64,000 nucleotides of DNA from an uncultured Chromatiales bacterium. Its GTDB lineage: Bacteria > Pseudomonadota > Gammaproteobacteria > Poriferisulfidales > Poriferisulfidaceae. The stretch covers positions 74,707 through 138,706 of the forward strand of contig CAZGIH010000013.1 of assembly GCA_964526195.1 (NCBI GenBank), given 5' to 3'. The translations under genes were made by a program, and so were the position numbers. Shown piece after piece: positions 56,698 through 64,000 of the stretch; the stretch's first letter is position 1; each line of letters begins with the position of its first letter. Under the pieces are notes generated by a model. It made no database searches. It had not been told where the DNA came from and saw only the letters and a program-made list of their open reading frames with translations.

Positions 56698-57717
56698 ATG
56701 CGCTTGACTTCTCCTCTGCGTCTTTCGGATCCGGCGGTTTGGCGGCGGGCTGCGGAGCGCTGGATGGACCGAGGCCGGGCGTATGCCTGCCGGGTACTGG
56801 TTCTCTGGCGGAAAATGGTGGAGTGGCTGGAACAACGGGTCACCGCCTGGTTGCTGATTGAGAAGAAGAAGATAGCCGTCCTCTCGCCGATCAATTTCGA
56901 CCATCTATTGGCCGAAGTACGCATGGGCGATGTGCTGTTGGTCGAAGGGCGTACCCGGGTGGCGCACGCGGTGCGGGCCATCACGCAGAGCATCTGGACG
57001 CATTCGGCGCTGGTCATCGGCACTCTGGACATGATTCGGGACCCGGCCCTGCGGGCGCTTGCACGCAGTTACCTCCGGGACGACGAGTTGGATGCGCCGT
57101 TGATCGTGGAGTCGGAACTTGGTTGCGGTACCATCGTTTCTTCCATCCTGCGCTACCGCGATCACCATCTTCGCCTATGTCGGCCGCAAGGACTGAGTCA
57201 TGCCGATGCCCGGCGCATCACGACCTATGCGCTACTGCATCTGGGGGCAGACTACAACGTCCGGCAGATCCTGGACCTTGCGCGCTTCCTGGTGCCGTGG
57301 TGGGCGGTGGTCCCGCGCCGCTGGCACTCGTCCCTGTTCGAGCACAACTACCAGGGCCCGACCCGGCTGATCTGCTCGACCATGATCGCCAGGGCATTCA
57401 GCCGAGTCCGCTTTCCGGTCGTTCCGCTGGTCGTCGAGAGCGAGGGGCAGTTCCGCATGGTGCAGCGCAACCCGCGCCTGATCACGCCGCGCGACTTCGA
57501 TCATTCCCCGTATTTCTCGGTTATCAAGTACCCGCTGCTCGGCCAGGACGACATCGGGTTCTACCGAAAACTGCCGTGGTCGGAGGAAGGTCTGGCCGAA
57601 GAGGCCCGGGAGAGCCTCGAGGATTGCAATATCATGCATGTCAAACTGGATCATCCGGAATCCGAAGAATTTGAAGATGTGCAAGACCAACCTGATGATG
57701 ACGGGAGGAGGGCCTAA
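56698..57717 (+). CDS. Permuted papain-like NlpC/P60 (YiiX/YebB-like) protein
   Basis: GDVLLVEG; WTHSAL (His) precedes ICSTMIA (Cys); ITPRDFD. Confidence 0.75.
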   Translation: MRLTSPLRLSDPAVWRRAAERWMDRGRAYACRVLVLWRKMVEWLEQRVTAWLLIEKKKIAVLSPINFDHLLAEVRMGDVLLVEGRTRVAHAVRAITQSIWTHSALVIGTLDMIRDPALRALARSYLRDDELDAPLIVESELGCGTIVSSILRYRDHHLRLCRPQGLSHADARRITTYALLHLGADYNVRQILDLARFLVPWWAVVPRRWHSSLFEHNYQGPTRLICSTMIARAFSRVRFPVVPLVVESEGQFRMVQRNPRLITPRDFDHSPYFSVIKYPLLGQDDIGFYRKLPWSEEGLAEEARESLEDCNIMHVKLDHPESEEFEDVQDQPDDDGRRA

Positions 57718-60207
57718 GTGGGCGGTTTTCTAGGCGCGGTTTTCTGCCAGTTGGCCGGGCTCGTCCTGCTGATCGTCGGCTGGGCGTTGATTACGGTTCA
57801 TGCCGCAAATTTCTGGGTCTGGCTGGCCGCGGCGGGATTGGCGCTGCTGCTGTGGATGCTGACGTTCGTGCCACCGTTCTGGTGGGCAATTCTGGTGGTG
57901 GCGGTGTGGGTGGTGCCGGTGTTGATGTGGGTCCATCAGGGCTGGCGGCAATCCGTCATCGTCCAGCCTGCCTGGCATCGATTGCGCAAGGCCTTGCCGC
58001 CTCTGTCCGACACCGAGCGCGAAGCCCTGCAGGCGGGCGTCGCGGGCTGGGAGGAGGCGCTGTTCACCGGTTCCCCCGACTGGGAAAAGATTCTGCAAGG
58101 CGAACCTGCAAAGCTCACCAAGGCGGAACGGGAGTTTCTCGAAGGGCCCGTGGAGCGCCTGTGCACTCTGCTGGACGATTGGCGCATCACGACGGCCGAC
58201 TACGATCTCTCGCCGGAAGCTTGGCAGTTGATCCGGGAGGAGAAGTTTTTCGGCATGGTGCTGCCGGAACAATACGGTGGCCTGGGTTTCTCGGCGCTTG
58301 CTCATTCCGAAGTGGTCATGAAGATCGCCAGCCGCAGCGTCACGGCTGCGGTTACGGTCATGGTTCCCAACTCGCTCGGTCCGGGCAAACTCCTGCTGCG
58401 CTACGGCACGCAAGAACAGAAGGATCATTACCTCCCCCGGCTTGCCCGAGGGGAGGAGACGCCCTGCTTCGGCCTGACCGGACCACGTGCCGGGTCGGAC
58501 GCGGCGTCTCTACAAGACACCGGTGTGGTCTGCCAGTGGGAGGAGAATGGAGAAACCGTTCTGGGCATTCGCCTCAACTGGGAGAAACGCTACATCACCC
58601 TGGCGCCGGTCGCGACGCTGATCGGCTTGGCTTTCCGCCTGCACGATCCGGACGGTTTGCTGGGAGGGCCGCCCGACCGCAGGATCACGCTGGCGCTTGT
58701 ACCGGCGGACGCGCCGGGGGTCGAGGTCGGGCGACGGCACATGCCCCTGCAGGTTCCGTTCATGAACGGGCCAGTTCTCGGGCGCGACGTGCTCATCCCG
58801 ATTGATCAGGTTATCGGCGGACGCGAGGGGGTTGGGCGCGGTTGGCAGATGTTGATGGAATGCTTGGGCGAGGGCCGGGGCATTTCGCTTCCCGCTCTGG
58901 CCGTGGCGGCCGGCAAGCTCGCGACTCGCCATACGGGCGCCTATGCTGCCGTGCGGCGCCAGTTCTCGTTGCCGATCGCGCGCTTCGAAGGGGTCGAGGA
59001 AGTGCTCGGGAGAATTGGCGGCAATACACACCTGATGGATGCCGTGCGAACCGAGATCGCGCATCAGGAAGATCGGGGGGAATGTTCCTCGGTTGCCTCG
59101 GCGATTGCCAAGCAGCAACTGACCGAGCGCATGCGGCAGGTCGTCAACGGCGCCATGGATATCGGTGCCGGCGCGGCCATCTGCGTGGGCCCGCGCAACC
59201 AGGTAGCCCGCCTCTACCAGGCGGTGCCGATCGCGATCACGGTGGAAGGCGCCAACCTGCTGACGCGCAACATGATCATCTTCGGGCAGGGTCTGGTGCG
59301 TTGCCATCCTCATTTGCTGCGGGAGATGGAGTGCCTGCAGATGGAAGAAGGGGACGAGACTCTGGAAGCATTCGACCAAATCTTGCACCAGCATGCGGAA
59401 ACCACTCTCCGCAGCGCCGCCCGCGCATTTGTGTTCGGGCTCAGCGGCGGGCGCTATCCGCTCCCGGACGCGCCTTTGGTTCCGTACCGATTCCTGGCGT
59501 GGCAGAGCGCGTGTTTTGCCTGGGTGGTCGATGTCCTGCTGCTGCGCTACGGAGGGATGCTCAAACGCCGCGAACGCCTGTCGGCGCGTCTGGCGGACAT
59601 GTTTTCCGCCCAGTACATGGCCGTTTGCGTGATCCGCCGTTTTCGGGCACGAGGCAGTCGCTCGGAAGAGGTTGTGCTTCGCGACTGGGCGTTGATGGAA
59701 TGCCGGCAGCACTTCCTGACGGCGTTGGATGAATTGATTCGCAACCTTGACAACTTTTGGCTGCGTGCTCTGTTGCGTGCTTCTACCCTGCCGCTGGGGC
59801 GCGTGGGCCAGTTCCGGACCGATACGGCAGACAGCGCGGTCGCCCAACTGATTTCGGCGCCGGAGCCGGAACGCGACCGCCTGTGCGAGGGAATTTTCCT
59901 AGGCGGGGGGCCGGACGACCCGGCCATCCGGCTGGAGCAAGGCTTGATCGAGACGAAAGAACTGGAGCCGGTCCGGCGTGCGTTGCGTCGCGCGGTAAAG
60001 GAAGGAAAGATTGCAACTGGCGTAAGCGGTGCCGACCTGGATCAGGCAATAGAGGCCGGGATCGTAACCGCCGAGCAGGTGGAGCAGTTGCGACAGGTTG
60101 AACGCCGGGTGGACGAAATCATTGCGGTTGATGCATTTGCGTCGGAGGATTGGGCGCGCGAGGTGCCGGTACTGCCGAAGGGCCCACAGGATCGCGGAAC
60201 ACAATGA
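57718..60207 (+). CDS. fadE: Acyl-CoA dehydrogenase FadE
   Basis: N-terminal TM helices; LPPLSDTEREAL.AG, VMVPNSLGPG, CFGLTGPRAGSDA and PIAITVEGANLLTR. Confidence 0.92.
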   Translation: MGGFLGAVFCQLAGLVLLIVGWALITVHAANFWVWLAAAGLALLLWMLTFVPPFWWAILVVAVWVVPVLMWVHQGWRQSVIVQPAWHRLRKALPPLSDTEREALQAGVAGWEEALFTGSPDWEKILQGEPAKLTKAEREFLEGPVERLCTLLDDWRITTADYDLSPEAWQLIREEKFFGMVLPEQYGGLGFSALAHSEVVMKIASRSVTAAVTVMVPNSLGPGKLLLRYGTQEQKDHYLPRLARGEETPCFGLTGPRAGSDAASLQDTGVVCQWEENGETVLGIRLNWEKRYITLAPVATLIGLAFRLHDPDGLLGGPPDRRITLALVPADAPGVEVGRRHMPLQVPFMNGPVLGRDVLIPIDQVIGGREGVGRGWQMLMECLGEGRGISLPALAVAAGKLATRHTGAYAAVRRQFSLPIARFEGVEEVLGRIGGNTHLMDAVRTEIAHQEDRGECSSVASAIAKQQLTERMRQVVNGAMDIGAGAAICVGPRNQVARLYQAVPIAITVEGANLLTRNMIIFGQGLVRCHPHLLREMECLQMEEGDETLEAFDQILHQHAETTLRSAARAFVFGLSGGRYPLPDAPLVPYRFLAWQSACFAWVVDVLLLRYGGMLKRRERLSARLADMFSAQYMAVCVIRRFRARGSRSEEVVLRDWALMECRQHFLTALDELIRNLDNFWLRALLRASTLPLGRVGQFRTDTADSAVAQLISAPEPERDRLCEGIFLGGGPDDPAIRLEQGLIETKELEPVRRALRRAVKEGKIATGVSGADLDQAIEAGIVTAEQVEQLRQVERRVDEIIAVDAFASEDWAREVPVLPKGPQDRGTQ

Positions 60208-60250
60208 GTCTCCAGGATCTGCCGAGATCCGCCGAAACCCGGCGTCAGTC

Positions 60251-61552
60251 ATGCCGCTGAACTACGGACGTACAGTCTACGTCGTCGATGGTCGGCGCAC
60301 GCCGATCCTCAAGGCGTCCGGATCTCCGGGGCCGTTTTCCGCGAGTGATCTGGCGGTGGCCTGCAGCCGGGATCTTCTCTTGCGTTATCCGGAGGCTCGA
60401 GAGGGCCTGCAGGAACTGGTCTGGGGTTGCGTGATGCCCAGCGAATCCGAGGCAAACATCTCCCGGATAATCGGCCTTCGCTTGGGGTTGGACCTGAGCG
60501 TGCCTGCACATACCGTCCAGCGCAACTGCGCATCCGGGATGCAGGCACTGGATGGAGCGGCGCAACGCATCGCGCAGGGCGCGTCGGACTTGGTCCTCGC
60601 CGGAGGCGTCGAGGCGATGAGCCGCGCGCCTGTACTTCTCGGACCGGAAGCCGTGTCCTGGCTCGGACGTTTCAGCCAGGCGAGAGGGCGTTGGGCTCGA
60701 TTACGCGCGTTGCTGGGATTCAGGCCCCGCATGCTGAACCCGGTCAGCGCTCTCAAATGCGGTTTGACCGATCCGGTTGTTGATCTCAACATGGGCCAGA
60801 CCGCGGAAGAGCTGGCGCACCGTTTCCGGATTTCCCGTCGGGCCATGGATACCTTTGCACTGGAAAGTCACGAGCTTGCCGCACGGGCACAGGATGCGGG
60901 GGTTTTCGATGACGAGATCGCTCCCCTGTACGACGGATCGACCGGTGAAGTCTACGTGCAGGATACGGGTGTGCGACGCGATTCTTCGCTAGATCAACTG
61001 GGTCGGTTGCGGCCGGCGTTCGATCCTCCGAACGGCAACGTGACGGCCAGCAACAGTGCGCAGATCAGCGATGGTGCGGCCGCGTTGCTGTTGGCCTCGG
61101 AGGAGGCAATCGAGAAGTACCGGCTTCCGATCCTCGGCATTTTGCACCACATTAATTGGGCCGCGCTGGATCCGGTCGTGATGGGGCTTGGACCGGTGCA
61201 TGCGATGCGGGATCTGTTCGACCAGGCTGAGATTACGGTTGCTGAAATCGATTGCTTCGAAATCAACGAAGCATTTGCGGTGCAAGTCCTAGCATGCCTG
61301 GCGGCCTGGCAGGACGAAACCTACATGCGCGAAGTGCTGGACCGGACCGATTGCCTCGCGCCAATCGATAAGGAACGGCTTAATCCGCATGGCGGGGCGG
61401 TCGCGATCGGTCACCCGGTAGGCATGACGGGCGCACGGATCGTGCTGCATGTCCTCAAGCAACTGCAACGCATGAAGGGGCGGTTCGGTGTCGCAAGCTT
61501 GTGCATCGGCGGAGGGCAGGGCGGTGCCGCGCTACTGGAGCACGTGTCATGA
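60251..61552 (+). CDS. fadI: Acetyl-CoA C-acyltransferase (3-ketoacyl-CoA thiolase)
   Basis: VDGRRTP, NCASG, NEAF, GHPVG and LCIGGGQG. Confidence 0.85.
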   Translation: MPLNYGRTVYVVDGRRTPILKASGSPGPFSASDLAVACSRDLLLRYPEAREGLQELVWGCVMPSESEANISRIIGLRLGLDLSVPAHTVQRNCASGMQALDGAAQRIAQGASDLVLAGGVEAMSRAPVLLGPEAVSWLGRFSQARGRWARLRALLGFRPRMLNPVSALKCGLTDPVVDLNMGQTAEELAHRFRISRRAMDTFALESHELAARAQDAGVFDDEIAPLYDGSTGEVYVQDTGVRRDSSLDQLGRLRPAFDPPNGNVTASNSAQISDGAAALLLASEEAIEKYRLPILGILHHINWAALDPVVMGLGPVHAMRDLFDQAEITVAEIDCFEINEAFAVQVLACLAAWQDETYMREVLDRTDCLAPIDKERLNPHGGAVAIGHPVGMTGARIVLHVLKQLQRMKGRFGVASLCIGGGQGGAALLEHVS

Positions 61553-63573
61553 ACAATTGGCGGCACTGGCGGCTTGTGACAGGTGAAGGCGGCAACCTGG
61601 AGCTGTATCTGGAGGTGGCCGACCGCTCGGTGAACGTGCTGCACAGTGGAGTGCTAGACGAGCTGGAGGAAATACTGGAGCATTTGTATACCGAGTCCCC
61701 CCCGGGCGTTATTCTCGGCTCGGACCCCGAGCGGGCTTTTGCAATGGGTGCGGATGTGACCGAATTCACGGAACTGGAAGATCGGAACCAGGCCTTGGCG
61801 ATGCTGCGCCGGGGCCAGAAGCTGTTCGAGGACTGGGCGAACTTGGACTGCCCGACCATCGCCGCGATCCGCGGGCACTGTCTGGGCGGCGGACTGGAGT
61901 TGGCGCTGGCCTGCGACTACCGGATCGCGGAAAGCGGCCCTCAGGTCCAGATTGGACTGCCCGAAGTGCGGCTCGGTATCCATCCGGGATACGGGGGTTC
62001 CGTGCGACTGCCGGCTTTGGTCGGCGACATGAAGGCGTTGCGGATGATGGTGACCGGCAAGGCCGTGTCTGGCGCAGAGGCTTTGAAGTTGAAACTGGTG
62101 GATGCGGTGGTGCCGCGGCGCCAGTTGTATCCGACCGCACGGGAGATGCTCCGGAGCCGCCCCACCGAGCGTCGCCTGTCATGGCGCGATCGGGTGCCTC
62201 GTGTGCCGGTCTTGCGCGAGGCGGTGGCATGGGCCTATGCCCGCGGCGTGAGATCGGTCGCACCCAAGGAACACTACCCGGCTCCATACCGGTTGCTCGA
62301 GCATTGGCAAGGCATGAGCGAGGATTCCGCTACGGCGCTTGAATCCGAGGCGCGGTCCGTGGCGGATTTGTTCGAGACGCCGCAGTCGCGCCAGTTGACA
62401 CGGGTATTCCTGCTGCGCCAGGAACTCAATAGCCAAGCCTCGGATAGGGAGGGAGTCTCCGACGTACATGTCGTCGGTGCCGGGGTGATGGGGGGAGACA
62501 TCGCCATCTGGTGTGCCCTGAACGGGTTGCGGGTCACGCTTCAGGACATGGGACCGGAACAGATTGCCCCGGTCATACGGCGTGCCCGCCGGTTGCTTGA
62601 TCGTCGTCCGGAGGACACGCGAGCCATGTTGGACCGCCTGATTCCGGATCCTGAAGGGCACGGAGCCGAAGCGGCAGACCTCGTGATTGAGGCGATCTTC
62701 GAGAATCTCGGGGCCAAGCAGGAACTGTACCGCCGGCTGCAGTCCCGGATGCGCCCGGACGCCTTGCTTGCGAGCAACACATCGAGCCTGCCCCTCGAAA
62801 GGCTTGCGCAGACCCTGGATGATCCCTCCCGGTTGATCGGCATTCACTTCTTCAATCCGGTATCCAAAATGCCGCTGGTGGAGGTCATTTCCCATGATCC
62901 CGGGCAGCAGCCATTGATCGGTCGAGCCGCGGGCTTTGTCCGACGTATCCGGCGGGTACCGCTGGTCGTGAAATCCTCACCGGGATTCCTGGTCAACCGT
63001 GTGCTCATGCCTTACCTTCTGGAGGCAGTCCGCCTCCGGGAGGAAGGGCTGTCGGTGGCTACCATCGATCATGCGGCAACGGCATTCGGCATGCCGATGG
63101 GCCCGTTGAAGTTGGCAGACACGGTGGGGCTTGATATCTGTCTTGCAGCCGGTTCGACCTTGGCTGAGGCTCAGGGGATGGAGATCCCGAAAACTTTGAC
63201 CGAAACGGTCGAAGCGGGCCATCTGGGGCGCAAGACCGGGCGTGGTTTCTATCGTTGGAAGAATGGGGAAGTAAAACGCCTGCGCGGCGGGAAGTCGTCA
63301 CGAGATTGCGAGGACCGACTCATCCTCAGCATGGTGCGCGAAGCCGTGCATTGCCTGCATGAAGGCTTGGTGGAACGTGCGGACTGGATCGATGCGGGGT
63401 TGATCTTGGGAACCGGCTTTGCGCCTTTCACCGGGGGGCCGTTGGCTCTGGTACGCCGGAGGGGCACAGAAGCGGTCTGCCGGCGCTTGGAAGAGCTTGA
63501 GAAACGTTACGGGCCGAGATTTGCTCCCGGGCCGGGCTGGGATTCGGAGCATCTGCACAAAACGATTTCATGA
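61549..63573 (+). CDS. fadJ: Fatty acid oxidation complex alpha subunit (enoyl-CoA hydratase/3-hydroxyacyl-CoA dehydrogenase)
   Basis: GHCLGGGLELALAC, GLPEVRLG, VGAGVMGGDIA, SNTSS, HFFNP and PGFLVNR. Confidence 0.88.
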   Translation: MNNWRHWRLVTGEGGNLELYLEVADRSVNVLHSGVLDELEEILEHLYTESPPGVILGSDPERAFAMGADVTEFTELEDRNQALAMLRRGQKLFEDWANLDCPTIAAIRGHCLGGGLELALACDYRIAESGPQVQIGLPEVRLGIHPGYGGSVRLPALVGDMKALRMMVTGKAVSGAEALKLKLVDAVVPRRQLYPTAREMLRSRPTERRLSWRDRVPRVPVLREAVAWAYARGVRSVAPKEHYPAPYRLLEHWQGMSEDSATALESEARSVADLFETPQSRQLTRVFLLRQELNSQASDREGVSDVHVVGAGVMGGDIAIWCALNGLRVTLQDMGPEQIAPVIRRARRLLDRRPEDTRAMLDRLIPDPEGHGAEAADLVIEAIFENLGAKQELYRRLQSRMRPDALLASNTSSLPLERLAQTLDDPSRLIGIHFFNPVSKMPLVEVISHDPGQQPLIGRAAGFVRRIRRVPLVVKSSPGFLVNRVLMPYLLEAVRLREEGLSVATIDHAATAFGMPMGPLKLADTVGLDICLAAGSTLAEAQGMEIPKTLTETVEAGHLGRKTGRGFYRWKNGEVKRLRGGKSSRDCEDRLILSMVREAVHCLHEGLVERADWIDAGLILGTGFAPFTGGPLALVRRRGTEAVCRRLEELEKRYGPRFAPGPGWDSEHLHKTIS

Positions 63574-64000
63574 GCATCCTGGGCCAGGTTTCAGCCAAAA
63601 ACACTCTGGGGCAACTGTTCGAAGAACGAGTCGCGGCCACGCCGGACGCGGTGGCCTATGTCGAGTACAGCCATGTGCTGGGCAAATGGTTCAGGCACAG
63701 TTGGGAGTCGATGCACGAACAGGTCGGTCGGGCTCAGTTTCTACTTAAGGCACTCGGTCTCGAAGCGGGAGATCGAATCGGCATCATGGCGCACGGCGGA
63801 ACCTACTGGGTCACCTTGGACTTGGCTGCGGCTGGTCTCGGGATTGTGACCGTGCCTCTGTACCATCGGGACCGGGGAGGCAACGTTGCTTACGTGGCCG
63901 AACGCAGTCGCATGCGTGCACTGTTCATCGGCGGGCATGCGCAGTGGCAGGAACTCGAAAATGAGCGTGTCCGCATGCCCAGTGTCGAACATCTTTTCAG
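63570..64000 (+). CDS. Long-chain fatty acid--CoA ligase, N-terminal part (truncated by the window)
   Basis: ATG overlapping the fadJ stop; reads MSILGQVSAKNTLGQLFEERVAATPDAVAY...LGLEAGDRIGI...WVTLDLAAAGLGIVTVPLY. Confidence 0.8.
   Translation, partial: MSILGQVSAKNTLGQLFEERVAATPDAVAYVEYSHVLGKWFRHSWESMHEQVGRAQFLLKALGLEAGDRIGIMAHGGTYWVTLDLAAAGLGIVTVPLYHRDRGGNVAYVAERSRMRALFIGGHAQWQELENERVRMPSVEHLF

Overview
64-kb chromosomal segment of a GC-rich gammaproteobacterium, probably a sulfur oxidiser (it has an Alvin_2107-like gene). Most of it is housekeeping: cutA-dsbD, aroQ-accB-accC, cysQ, tRNA-Phe, pip, def-fmt-DUF4390-ntrY-ntrX-trkA-trkH, an aa3-type cytochrome c oxidase operon, zinc transport, hisI/cysS and a fadE-fadI-fadJ-fadD beta-oxidation operon. 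Accessory elements are a visibly more AT-rich type I-G (I-U) CRISPR-Cas locus (cas4/cas1, cas2, 6-repeat array, csb1/cas7, csb2, cas3, small cas8g2/csb3-like), a solo tnpB element directly upstream of cysS, two intact toxin-antitoxin pairs and one decayed pair. The standout is the Cascade subunit Csb2 (Cas5/Cas6 fusion). It is 782 aa because a ~235-aa phosphoribosyltransferase (PRTase) domain with an intact PRPP-binding motif is inserted in frame between its two halves. A small out-of-frame ORF is nested in the 3' end of that insert and stops where the insert ends, which suggests a captured two-gene (possibly toxin/antitoxin-like) cassette carried on Cascade. Other oddities are degenerate pseudo-repeats plus a hairpin between the array and cas7, a tnpB insertion that appears to split a TATAAT -10 box of cysS, an fmt gene with no canonical start codon, and an ELPL tandem repeat in the NtrY sensor domain. 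All calls rest on motif recognition by eye; no searches were run.
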